A DNA stretch of 64,000 nucleotides. Origin: the human T2T-CHM13v2.0 reference genome, Homo sapiens. The stretch lies in NCBI RefSeq assembly GCF_009914755.1, contig NC_060926.1; one strand, given 5' to 3'. A model generated the notes under the pieces. The model searched no databases. It was given only the letters and a program-made list of their open reading frames with translations, and was not told the origin of the DNA. Position numbers and translations under genes: made by a program. Below are positions 13,437-28,919 of this stretch, one piece after another (position 1 is the stretch's first letter; each line of letters starts with the position of its first letter).

Positions 13437-13796
13437 TCTATTAGTCCATTTTCATACTGCTGATAAAGACATACCTGAGACTGGGTAATTTATAAAGAAA
13501 AAGAGTTTAATGGACTCACAGTTCCACGTGGCTGGGGAGGCCTCACAATCATGGCAGAAGGTGAAAGGCATGTATTACATGGGGGCAGGTAAAAGAAATG
13601 AGAGACAAGTAGAAGGGGAAACACCTTATAAAACCATCAGATCTTGTGAGATTTATTCACTACCATGAGAACAGTATGGGGAAAATTGCCCCCATGATCC
13701 AATTGTCTCCCACCAGCTCCCTCCCACAACATATGGGAAATATGGGAGCTACAATTCAAGATGAGATTTGGGTGGGGACACAGCCAAACCATATCA
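13437..13796 (-). mobile_element. THE1 (B/C) solo LTR
   Basis: TATTAGTCCATTTTCATACTGCTGATAAAGACATACC...ACAGCCAAACCATATCA. Confidence 0.93.
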
Positions 13797-15317
13797 TGGG
13801 GGAAAGTATTCAGTGTTTCTGCCGTAAGTATAATGATAGCTGTGGGTTTTTTGTAAATGTGTTTTTTTCAAGCTGAGAAATTTTACTTCTATTCCTATTT
13901 TGTTGAGTGTTTTTTTAATCATCAAAGAGTGCTAGATTTTTGTCAAATGCTTTTTCTTTGTCTATTGAGATGATCACGTGGTTTTTAAACCTTTATTCTA
14001 TTAATACAGCATGTTACATTGATTAACTTTCATATTTTAAACCAACCTTGCATTCCTGGGAAAATCCCACTTGGTTGTGGTGTACTATCCTCTTTATACG
14101 TTACTGAACCAGTTTCCAACTATTTGCTTGAGAATTCTTACGCCTATATTCTGTAGTTTCTGTTTTTTGTAATGTGTTTGTCTGGCATCATAGAATGAGT
14201 TGGGAAGTGTTCCCTCTCGTTCTATTTTTTGGAGGAGTTTGTGAAAAATTTGTGTTAATTCTTTAATGTTTGATATAACTTTCCAGTGAAGTCATCTAGT
14301 TCTGGGCTTTTATATGAGAAGCTTTTGGATTATCAATTAATTTGTCTTACTTGTTATCATTCTGATCAGATTTTCCATTTCTTCTTGAATCCGTTTTATT
14401 AGTTTTTGTCTTTCTGGAAAATTGTTGACTTCATCTAGGTTACCTAGTTTGTTGGCATACAATTTTTCATAGTATTCCCTTATAATCCTTTTATTTCTAT
14501 AAGATTGATTGTAATGTTACTTCTTTCACCTCTGATTTTGTTAATTTAAGTCCTTTCCCTCTTTTTTTGGTCTATCTATCTAATGTTTTGTCAATTTTAT
14601 TGATGTTTTCAAAGAACCAAGTTTTGGTTTCATTGACTCTATTATTTTCTATTCTTAATTCATTCATTTCTATCTTAATTTTATTATTTCCTTTATTTCA
14701 TTTGCTTTGGATTTTATTTTGCTCTCCTTTTTCCAGCTTCTTAAAGTAGAAGTTTAGGCTATTGGGTTAATGTATTTATTCTTTTTTAAAATAAGTGTTT
14801 ACAGTTTTAAATTTTCCTCTAAGTACTGCTTTTTATGTATATCATAAATTTGGGTATGTTGTGTTTTTATTCATCTCAAAGTACTTTCTAACTTCCCTAT
14901 GATGTCTTGTTTGAGCCATTGATTGTTTAAAAGTGTGTTAGTTAATTTTTACATATTTTTGAATTACTTAGATTTCCTTCTATTGAGTTTTAGTTTTATT
15001 CTATTGTGGTCATAGAACACACAATTTTTGTATGATTTAAATATTTTTAAATATACTGAGACTTGTTTTATGACATAATGCATTATTTATCCAGGGGTGT
15101 GTTTATGTGTGCTTGAGAAGAATGAAGAATGTGTAGTCTACCGTTGTTGGGTAGAGTATTCTATCAGTGTCTGATCTAGTTGGTTTATAGCGTTGTGCAA
15201 ATCTTCTGTTTCCTTGCTGAGTTTCTGACTGCTTGTTCTCATTATTCAAAGTGGGGTACTGAAACCTTCAACTGTATTGTTGAATTGCCTATTTCTCCCT
15301 TCAATTCTGTGAGTTTT

Positions 15318-15608
15318 CAAAGGTCGAATATCCAGAGTCTACAAAGAACTTAAACAAATTATAAGAAAAAACCAACCCCATTAAAGAAGACATACATGCA
15401 GCCAACAAACATAGGAAAGAAAGCTCAACATTACTGATCATTAGAGAAATGCAAATCAAAACCACAATGTGATACCATCTCATACCAGTCAGAATAGCAA
15501 TTATTAAAAAGTCCAGAAACAACAAGTGCTGGCAAGGTTGCAGAGAAAAAGAAACACTTTTATACTGTTGGTGGAAGTGTAAGTTAGTTCAACCATTGTG
15601 AAAGGCAA
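15318..15608 (+). mobile_element. Internal L1P ORF2 fragment without 3'UTR, poly-A or TSD
   Basis: CAAAGGTCGAATATCCAGAG...ATGCAAATCAAAACCACAATG...CAACCATTGTGAAAGGCAA, in sense orientation inside the antisense L1M. Confidence 0.85.
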
Positions 15609-15866
15609 TGCTTCATATATTTTGGTGCCCTGTTGTTAAGTGCCTATATATTTATAATTATTATATCTCTTTGATGGGTTAATCTTTTTACATTATAAAA
15701 TGTCATCATGTATCTCCAGGAATGATTTTCCGTCTTGAAATCTATTTCAAATGATATTAGTACAGTCACATCAGCTCTCTTTAGGTTATTATTTGCATGG
15801 CATATTTTTTTCTACTCTTTCATTTTTAACCTATTAGTGTCTTTGAAACTTAAGTGAGTCTCTTTG

Positions 15867-16490
15867 ATCTGCACTCCTATGTTTGTCTGCAGCACTGTTT
15901 ATGATAGCTAAGATGTGGAAGCAATCTAAATGTCCATCAACAGATGAATGAATAAAGAAAATGTGGTACATATATACAATGGAATACTATTCAGCCATAC
16001 TAAAGAATGAGATCCAGTCATTTGGAACAGCATGGATGGAATTGGAGATCATTATGTTAAATGAAATGAATTCAGCACAGAAAGACAAACATTGTGTGTT
16101 CTCACTTATTTGTGGGATCTAAAAATCAAAAGAATTGAACTCATGGACATAGAGAGTAGAAACATGGTTACCAGAGGCTGGGAAGGGTAGTGGGAGGGTT
16201 GGGAAGAGGTGAGGGTGGTTAATGGGTACCAAAAAAAAATAGAAAGAATGAATAAGACCTACTATTTGATAGCACAACAGGGTGACTATAGTCAATAATA
16301 ACTTAATTGTATATTTTAAAATAACTTAAGGAGTGTAATTGAATTGTTGGTAACTCAAAGGATAAATGCTTAAGGGGATGGATACCGCATTCTCCATGCT
16401 TATTTCACATTGTGTGCCTGTATCAAAGCATCTCATGTATCCCATAAATATATACACTTACTATTTACCCACAAAAATTTTAAAAAAATT
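15867..16490 (+). mobile_element. 5'-truncated L1MA1/2-like 3' end
   Basis: GAATAAGACCTACTATTTGATAGCACAACAGGGTGACTATAGTCAATAATAAC...TACCCACAAAAATT 3'UTR. Confidence 0.85.
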
Positions 16491-19061
16491 AAGTCTTTCT
16501 TAGACAATATGTAGCTGGACCATGTTGTTTTCAATCTATTTATAAATTTCATCCAAAAGGCCAATATCTGTCATTTACTTGTAGTTATCTATTTATATTT
16601 AATGTAATTATTGATGATAGGATTTATGTTTGCCATTTTATTTGTTTTCTATGTGTGTATGCCTTTTTTCCCTCTATTCATCCATTACTGCCCTTTTTTG
16701 TGTTAAATAGATATTTTCTACTATACCATTTTAACTACCTTTCCTTTGTTACTATATATTTAAGCATTTTTTGGTGGTTGCTTTGAGAATTACCATTAAC
16801 ATCTTAATTTATAACAATCTAGATTAATATCAACTTAATTTAAATCGTATGTAAAGACTTTTCTTCTATATAGTTCCATTACCGCTCTCCTTTATCTTGG
16901 TTTTGTCACAAATTACATCTTTATATATATTGTGACCATCAACATAGATTTATAATAATTGCTTTATGATGTTGTCTTTTAAATTATATAGGAGAAAATG
17001 GGAGTTAGAAATGCAAAACAGACTTTTACCATTCTTTCTTTATATTTATCTATACAATTACCTTTACCAGTGCTCTTTATTTCTTCATGTTGAGTGGAGT
17101 GTTGAGTCTAGTGTCCATTTAATTCTGCCTCAAGACTTGCCTTTAGTATTTCTTATGAGGCAGGTCTGTTAGCAACAAACTCTGCATTTTTGTTTACAGC
17201 AATGAACACTCTCAGTTATTTGGTTTTATGAAAACTGTTTTGGTTTGTCTATTTTATCTTTATTAAATCTTATTTTTGCCTTCATTTTTAAAGAACAGTT
17301 CTACTGGTTATGAAATTATTGACTGACAGCTTTTTGCCTTCAGCATTGCATATGTCATCCTGCTGTCTTGTGGATTCTGTTTTTTGATGAGAAATAAGTT
17401 GTTAATCATACTGATGATCTCTTGTACATGATGACTCACTTCTCTCTTACTGCTTTCAAGATTGTGTCTTTGTTTTTAACAATTTGATTTTAATGTTTCC
17501 ATATGTTACTCTCTTTGAATTTATTTTATGTGGAGTTTTTTTAGCTTAGATGTGTAGATTAATGTTTTTCCTCAAATGTGGGAAGTTTTTTGCCATTTTT
17601 CTTCATATGATCTTTCTACCCCTTTCTCTATCTTCATCCTCTTCTGGAACTCCCATTATGTGTATATGTATATTTCTGTGCTTGATGGTGCTCCATGGGT
17701 CTCTAGGTTGCGTTTATTTTTCTTAATTTATTTTTCTTTTTGTTCTTCAGGCTGAATAGTCTCTATCGGCTTATCTTCAGGTTTGCGAATTCTTTCTTCT
17801 GTTAGCTCAAATCTAATCTTGAGCCCTCCTGGTGAATTTTTCATTTCAGCTGATGCATTTTGAAACCCAGATTTTCTACTTTTTTAATTTTTATAATTTC
17901 TGTCTCTTTATCAATGTTTCTGTTTTTGGTGGGACATTGTTCTCATATTTTCCGTCAGTTCTTTAGACATAATTTCATCTAGTTCTTTGAATATAGTTAA
18001 AATACTCTATTTAAAGTTTTTGTCTAAAAACTTGGATTTACTCAGAGATTATTTCTATTGATTGGTTTTTTTTTCTGTGTATGGTCATAATTTTGTTTCT
18101 TTGCATGTCTTATAATTTCTAGTTGAAAATGGGACATTTAGAATACAACAATGTGTGCAACTGATTTGTATAACCCTACAAATCAGGTTTTTCTCTCTTT
18201 CTAGGGCCTACTGATGTTGCTGCTTGTTATAGTTGTAGTTATCTGTTTAGTAACATCTAAACTAAGTCTGTAAAGTTTGCATTATTTGTCATGGGTGGCC
18301 CCTGAAATCTCTGCTTTGTTAGTTTAGTGGTCAGCTAATGAGTTGACATATTTTCTTAAATTTTAGAACAATAAACCTCCCAGTCTTTGACAAGGGGTGC
18401 TGAATGTGTGTGTGAACACATCTTCAACACTGAACCAGGCAGCTGACATTTATTCCTTAGCCTTTCCTTCCTGCTTATGCAGACCCTCACAGGCAGCCAG
18501 AGATAAGAGGTTAGGGTCTTGTCAGGTCTTCCTGAATATGTGAACAGTCCTGTGTATATACATGGACTTTTAGATTTCCAGGAATATGTTGGAAATTTTC
18601 AAACCCTCATTAACATTTCATTCTTCAACTCTTTATTCTAATCTTTTTGGTTAGTGTATTGTTTATAGTGACTGTAACCCACTTCTTCAGGCAGTTATGA
18701 AGTCAGACAATTGCCTGCAACTATTTTCAACACTCATCTCCATGGAAAAGGCTTTTTGCATAGAGGTAGCTCTGATTCAGGTCAAATAATGACACCCTTG
18801 CAAAAGTGGTCTTCCAGGGAACCACAAGAAAGGTTAAATAATGACTCTACTCTGGCAATGTGGCTTTGAAGAAACTCTAAGTTCTGCCCACTGCAATGAC
18901 TGCAGGTTTTTTATTTCAAGGCTACCACTGAGCTGAAAATTGGAACTGGGACTAGAGAAAGTTAAGAGCACCTCAAAGCTCATGGTTATTACCAAGATTC
19001 AGCTGTTTTTCTTGCTGCAAGCTTTTGCTTAATTTTCAGAGTTTTTAAAAAGTTGAGTGTG

Positions 19062-19375
<314 letters not shown>

Positions 19376-21023
19376 GTTGAGTTTGACCATTTGCCAGTTT
19401 TCAATTTGCTTTCATGGAGAAGAGAATTTTCAGTGCTTTTTTTTCTCTGCCATTTTGGCTGACATTACAGTTTTTTTTTTTAATTTTAACATTTTTTTTT
19501 TTTTACTTCTGGAATTTCTATTGGGTTTCTTTGAATTCTACCTGTTCAAATCTGTCTATTTTGTTTTTAATAATTTCTTGGGTTTTTTCCCTTTCATTAC
19601 ATCATTATTTCCTTAGTTCATTTCAGAATCTTAAACATACTGTTTTTGAAGTTTATCTTCAGATTACTATATTGATCTGACATAAATTCCTCTTCTGATT
19701 TATCTGAAATAAATTCCCCTTCTGATTGTTGATTTAGATGTTCTCTTTCTTAACTGGCTTACTGACGTTAATGTGTTTTGTAATTTTATCTTGGAGGGCC
19801 AAGTTGAGTTTGCATCTCTTCCTCTCCTTCTGCCTCCACCTTCTCCTCTCTCTGGTGTTCATGCTCATGCATATGTATTCCTCTCTGTCACCTCCATCAA
19901 GTTCTCCAGGTGTTGAAGTCCAGAACCAGATCTTATATTGCAGGCTGGGTTTTTCTCTCCCATAGGGATATTGAAGTTATAACAGATACATCCAGTAGGG
20001 TTGGTTAACCCAGGTCCCATTTGTCTCTCTCTTTCCCCCTACATTTTTTTCTCATCTTTCTTTTATGGCTTGGCATTATCTTCTCAGTTTCCACCTTTCC
20101 ACAATGAGACAGGCTCTGTTCTTTCTAGGATATAAGCCAGTTGCCTCTGCCTTCTCCTAGACTTTATCCCCAGTAAACTTGTGCCTTCAGCCTTGCTGAC
20201 TGCATTGTGTTTCTGTTTAGTTTAGTTCTGCGGATACTTATCTTGCTTTTAAGTATAGCATATTTTGTACACCTGTCATTTTTAATATTTTATCTGTTAT
20301 TACTATGTTTGGGGTATTGGCAGGGAAAGACAAGGGACAAAAGATGATCTTGTGATGTCATATTGACTGGAAATTCTCTGACAGATTTTTTCAAGTTTGT
20401 CTCCTATAGCTGCGATTTAATGTTCTACAGGTCATTTTCCTTTACTATCTTCAAATGAGATTTTAATTTTGGCATTCCTGTTTTAATTTTCATGAAATCC
20501 ATTATTATTTTATCATCTCCTCTTTGATCTTAACATGTTCTCTGTTCCTGTTTCATAGAAGATATTTTCCTTTCCTCTTCTTCCTCTCCCCTTCCTCTTC
20601 CTGTTTACTTTTGGTTTTTCTTCCTCCTCATCATCATTCTTCTACATTTTTAAAAAAATTGAAGGTAAAGTGAATTTACTTCTGACTCTCAGAGTAAGAT
20701 GTTTTTATAGATGTGCTGTTCACCTTGATCATCCAGACAATATTCTTTTTTCCTGATTTATAATAATATTTTCAATGGCCTTGTGTTACTTTGTTTTTCT
20801 GTTCATTCAACCTCAAACAAGAAGAAATATTCCAGATTTGGTTATGTTAACAGTTTGATTACTTGGATTGCTCTTGGCTCCGTTGTTAGTTTTCTTAAAG
20901 CTGAATATGTACAACTCCTAGACCAATTATTAATGATAAGCAGGTTTTCATCTCATCTGGCAATGTGGATAGAGGGTCTTCTATCTCCATTTCCTAATTA
21001 TCTTGTACTCTTAAGCTATTTAG

Positions 21024-21350
<327 letters not shown>

Positions 21351-21351
21351 C

Positions 21352-21785
<434 letters not shown>

Positions 21786-22532
21786 AGACACCCAGTCCTA
21801 TTTTTAAAGAAAAACCTTTTACACACTCCTCCCAGTATTTCCCTTCTTGGATCTATACACTTTATTTTTGTATTATGTCTTCAAAAATGCAAAGCACCAC
21901 CTTCAGTATCCCCAGGATGGCTACTGAGTGTTTCAATTGGTATAGTTTTCGTGTTTCTCAACCATGGGATGGCCTAATGAGGGGAGTATATCATGTCCCT
22001 ATTTACTTTTTTCGATGGCAGGTGTCATTGGTTTTCTGCTGCATAGACCTGCCATGTCTTTAGTTTTGCTTTTCATTGTATTGCCATTGGGGGAGCCACA
22101 GTTTTGAGGCTATTACCACATGTGCTAGAAATAATAATCACTCTCCTTCTTAATATTTGGGAAGCATAATAGATTTTAGTCTTTTTTGTATCTTCATGGA
22201 TAATCATAGAGAAAAAAATTGAGAAACCAAATCAGACCTGAAGCCATTTAAATTGGAAGTCATATAGACAAATCCATATTTCTAGGAGCAAATTCTATTT
22301 TCTTAGTGGTGGTGCTGGGGTTTTGTTTGTTTTCAAATTTTAAACATTCTTATTACCTATGCACACTCAAACTTCAACTCTCCTTATGTATAGAACTCCC
22401 AAGGAAGTTCTATGTGGGAAAACTTTGAGAAGTTATCCTTTGGAGAAGAATTTTAGAAGAGTAAACTTGGGAAAGTTTACTCATCTAGAAAGTATGGACA
22501 TTTTTCATAATTTTTAAAATTATGAGCTCCAC

Positions 22533-22810
22533 CAGTGGTGATGTTTAAACCCTTTCACAACTGGTAGACTTAAAAATCAGAATGGATGCTGGACAAAATG
22601 CTGGGAGGGAGACCTGTTATTCCAGGCATTCATTCATTCATGCTAGATCATGGGGAAATTGAAGGAGTCATGAGGGGGAAGCTAGCAAAGCAGATGGGGG
22701 AGGGAGGTTAGGATCCACTTGGGACTCAAAACAGCAACTCTTTGCCTGTAGGAGTACGTCAATACATTAATAGATAATATGCTGGTAGCTGAACATCAGT
22801 CCCAGCCCTG
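22533..22810. mobile_element. Possible old hAT-type DNA element
   Basis: Starts CAGTGGTG and ends CAGCCCTG (CAG...CTG termini); family not identified. Confidence 0.3.
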
Positions 22811-23669
22811 GATTCTAACCACCTGTCTAAGTACCTGTCTTATAATAAGCACAAAATATGTGTGGAATAAGGGAATGGACAACAAATAGATATACGCATA
22901 AGGGTGTGCCTAACCCAAATGGAAGTGCACAGTGACGCTAGGAGATGTTTTTCTATCAATAAAACAAGATTATGATACTTGCCCTTTCTCTATTTCATAA
23001 AGAGAACTATGAAAAGACACTTAGAGAAACAATTCATTTTGCTGCTGTTAGGAGAAAAACGCCTGCTGAATCAATTCTGGGTGTTGTTGTTGACAAAATG
23101 TGTGGCACCTTGTGGGAGCCAGTTCAGTCAAGAACAGCAGTGATACTAATCATAGTCATATCATCACAGGCCTAATTTACTTTTCAGTCAGAGTTAATAA
23201 GCAAAGTGGTAGTCTGAAAATTAGCATTCATTTTCTTCTGCAAAATATTTTCAATGCCTCTTGATGAAGAGTGAACCAAAGGCAGGCAAAGGTTCCTTTC
23301 AGGTAGTTTGTACCCAGTTCTCCAGAGCTGCTTACTGTCTACCCCACCTGCCATGCAAATACAATTAATATGCAACTTTGAGAAACCCCCCTGCCCCCCA
23401 ACACCCAAGTGAACACACCACCAAAGGAAATTCCTTGAATGGTTGCACACTGGCCTTGGAGAATCAGCCTCTGTGTGCTCCTGCTCGGCTTTCTCCATTC
23501 GCCTCCAGTCTTCCCAGCCCGTATGGGCAATCATCGCACTTCATTGTCCAGTACCATCATTACAATATTGTTATCATCTGAGCTGGAGTCTGACACTTTC
23601 TCTAAGACCTTTCAAATAACCCCTTTACTAGGCTTCAGTACCAAACCATTCAGGGCAAATCTCTGCTTT

Positions 23670-23830
23670 GTGCTTGTCAGCCTTAATAGACTGGATGTCA
23701 CTTGAGCCTGTAAAAAGTGCCTGCTCCTCAGCTGTCAGTCAGTCCTGGTGGTGTCAGCTGAGAGCGTGGCTGGAGCTGGCTGGATTAGAGGGTAGTTACC
23801 ATAGCTGTCAAATTACTGACAGCCTGACAC
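23670..23830. promoter_or_regulatory. Candidate enhancer: TGACA/TGTCA (TALE homeodomain) and CAGCTG E-box cluster
   Basis: Seven TGACA/TGTCA cores in ~160 bp, including GCTGTCA-AATTAC-TGACAGC; two CAGCTG. Confidence 0.45.
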
Positions 23831-24240
23831 TCACACTCCCAACTTCCTCTTACTGTATTTGGTTTCTATCAAGCTCTCTGGACCTTTCTTAAGGTGGATC
23901 TCTCTGTTGGAAACAGATCATAATTTGGTTAGCATCTTCAGAAGTTGGGCTCTTTTCTTGCCTGCTCTGGTTTTCAGAAAGACCCTTACTTTGAGCAGCT
24001 TTTATATTTCAGTGAATATTTTTAACCTCATTTCAGCAAAGAGTACCACTTCCCTACACTTTCCATGTTAATGGAAACTCTGTGTGTGTGTGTATTTGTT
24101 TCATCATCCTAATTCAAGAATATATAGCCCATGCCCAAAATGTTTCCTCTTATCTCTTTTACATCCATAGTATTTTCATCCTCCTCTTCAGTGATATCTT
24201 TGCTCTGGCCCTTTGTGTTAGATGTGAAGCTCAGTTTGAG

Positions 24241-24283
24241 TGTGTGTGTGTGTGTGTGCATGTATGTGTGTGTCTACGTGTGC
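24241..24283. repeat. Imperfect (TG)n
   Basis: Direct reading of the sequence. Confidence 0.9.
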
Positions 24284-24939
24284 ATTGTCGGGTGTGGGTA
24301 TATATAGAACTGTTGACTTATCTATGAATGTTTGTGGATATATAGATATTCATACCTAATGAAAGGCAGTCAGCTAACAGCCAAGGCAGGAAAAACAAAT
24401 TGGCACCTCTCCAAACTGTGCCTTAGTTAACATTCACCTTCCATACAGCCAATTAGTGAATGAAGTTTACCCCTCTTTCCTACCTATTCTCCTTCTTCCC
24501 ACTTTTCATTCATGCCTTTTCCTTCTTCCTCCTTTCCATTTCCCCGCTTTTACTCGTTTTCACATTTGATATGGGTTTACTATCTTGTAGTCCCCAGGCT
24601 GGACAGCAGGCAAACAAAAATGAATGTGACTATACCCGTGTACAAAAGTTCACAGCTGCCTGCTCACATTCCTCAGGTATGTTTGAATTTCACAGCCTTT
24701 TATTTCTGACCAGGGAGCTGAGCTTAATTAACACTTTCATTTACTTAGCCAATAATCAAGGCTGATTTGCTTTTATTAAACCAGGCTTTGGGACCAGAAA
24801 TGCAACCATTGCACAATCTTAAATTTGCTTACTGTTCTAACCTGCCACAGAATTAAACTTGAGTCTGCATTCTGAGCACAGCTTTCAGCACACACAGGTA
24901 CATGCACGTTTAGTGTTGTTTGGCTATAGGGGAGAGAAA

Positions 24940-25130
24940 GTACTAGGCTTCAGATAACCTACTTGTACTATGGGAAAGTCACTATATCTTGCTGAAACTC
25001 AGTTACCTTTTCTCTAAATTGAGGATAATGATTCTTATCTGCCAAACTTATAGTTTTGGTCTATGGTCCAAGTGAGACTGACCATATATATATAAGAAAA
25101 ACACTTTCTAAAATGCAAGGTATCACAAAT
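24940..25130 (+). mobile_element. MIR
   Basis: GGGAAAGTCACTATATCTTGCTGAAACTCAGTTACCTTTTCTCTAAATTGAGGATAAT core. Confidence 0.65.
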
Positions 25131-26152
25131 GCAAATTGTGATAATAATAAGCATTACTCTGTATGGTTATATATAGGATTGAAATCAATGCTAGATTATT
25201 TAGGCTGTTTTACTATTCTTATTTCCTCGGCCACACGTACTTTGCTCTTATTTTCCTACCATGCAACCACAGAGCTGAAAAATACGCTCCCCAGTAAAAG
25301 TAATGTTACACATTGCTTAAACTTATGAACTCATGCTCAAATCAGGAGCCTTTAGAGGTCTTCTCTGGTCCCTACAATGTGTTTTAAAATGTTGTGGCTT
25401 TTTAAGACCATTGTTTTTCAATGAGTCTAGCAAACGGTTCAACTTTAAATGAGCTAGTATCTACCTCAATTGCTCAGTAATTTTGTATTCCTTATAATTC
25501 CGGAAACTTGACAGAAAAAAGTTCAAACCAGAGACTGAAAAATGTAGTAAACATATTAGAAAAGGTGGAGGGGTGGGTGGGAGAGGAGGTACAAGAACTT
25601 TATGTTTTCAGTGCCAAGGCCAAAGACATATTTTTTCCAGCACTTCCTCCCTATTCCCAAAAATTGTTTTTAAATAAAAAGACCCTTATATTTCACCCAG
25701 TTAAATGCTGGGAAATAGCCTTTCAATATTATTTACAAGCATTCAGAAGTTTTAAATTCAACCAACTCTCCCACATTCTCGCTTTCCTCTAACACACATT
25801 CTTTATACTGTTTGCTGTTGAACTTGTCTACTCAGTACCACAATAACCATAGGCAAAATTATTCAACTAATTTAGTGAAAAGCATCATATCGAACAAATA
25901 ATAAGTGGGTTGTGAAAATGTTTATTTGCAAACCAAGTGTTCTCGCCACATTTTTGCTGAACTTCCTGGGCAAGGGTTCCACTCTGCATTAGTGATTTAC
26001 GTGCTGTTTCAAACCCGATTCCTTCCTGAGTCTGACTGATGAATGAAGGCTTGCATTTTGCAAGGGAACTGTCATAGGTGAGGGATGCATCTGTGGCCCT
26101 AGGGCTGAGAAAGATGGAGAAATAGAACCTCCAGCATAGCTGGGCACCATAA

Positions 26153-26477
<325 letters not shown>

Positions 26478-26599
26478 TTCCATCTGATTTTTAACCATAA
26501 AGTAGTAAAGTGTTCTTCATACCTTCTTTTCATGCACTACTGTGGCCTAAATTCCCAAAGTGCAAAATTCCCAAGACTGTAGACAATGTAGGCAGTGTG

Positions 26600-26815
26600 A
26601 GCCTGGTGTTTTCTACCACAGACTTTGAAATAAAGCAGGCATTCCTGGGTTCACATCCTGACTCTATGACTTACTAGCTGTGGAATCTTGACTGTCAATT
26701 TCTTCATCTATAAAACAGATTAAATTATACTTATCAGATTCCTATTGATTAAGTGGGTTAATTTATGTAAATTTGGCATGGTGCCTGGCACAAGTGCCTA
26801 ATGAATCGTGGTTAT
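26600..26815 (+). mobile_element. MIR followed by (TTA/CTA)n
   Basis: CCTGGGTTCACATCCTGACTCTATGACTTACTAGCTGTG...GTGCCTGGCACA. Confidence 0.75.
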
Positions 26816-26954
26816 TATTATTACTATTATTATTATTACTACTACTATTTTCAGTCTCATCCTGATTTAGTCTCTCAGTTTTCTAAGACTTTGTGAAAAG
26901 CTAAAGAAACCTTCAAGATGTTAGTTTTCTTCCTACCTGACCCTATGCAATGGT

Positions 26955-28320
<1,366 letters not shown>

Positions 28321-28735
28321 GTAGAAGGGTCAGAGAATAGAGGATTTCTAAGTTCATGGGGTGGAACAAGAGGCCTAGCTGAGAGGGAGAGGTTGAGGAT
28401 TATTGGGTTATCAGATTCCCACTTTAGGGCTCAAGTCACACCTCTTTGCATGCTGCTTTGTTTTCCTTACCACATCTTTGATTGTGGCTTCTAAATTTTT
28501 AACCCTGTTCCTTTAGCCCTCTCAGACACCCAGTTCAAAAATATGTGATGAATTAGAAGAATTAGCATTTGTCATCTCCAAGAATCCCAGGTGGCTCAGA
28601 AAAGTCCTGAGTAGCTTCAGTTACATGTTTTTTTTCTGAAACCTCTCTTTTCAAACTGATTGCATCACTGCCTCCTGGAAAACCCGACAGGTATGATACC
28701 CCCCTCCTTGCCTAACCCTGCGTTCTTCCTCTCAG

Positions 28736-28919
28736 CAGGCAGGAGTGACGAGCTGCCTGGAACCAGCAGCTGAGGCACCCAAAGACCCGGTGTCTCTAAA
28801 CAGCTTCTATGCTTCCTTCCCTAAACTGCACCAGTGCCTGCCTGGGCTGAGCAGCAAGAGAGACATCTGTGATATCTGATGACAATCATCTCTGATTAGA
28901 GTGTCACTATATAGCACAG
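28736..28919 (+). other. Candidate non-coding exon
   Basis: Branch-point-like CCTAAC (28711), polypyrimidine tract, CTCAG acceptor, CAG|GTGAGC donor; stop codons in all three frames. Confidence 0.3.

Noticed and set aside
19675-19727. 27-bp-period tandem duplication (ATCTGA.ATAAATTCC.CTTCTGATT x2)
   Set aside because: Ordinary two-copy slippage duplication in degraded sequence; similar small ones at ~10924-10952 and ~57990-58050
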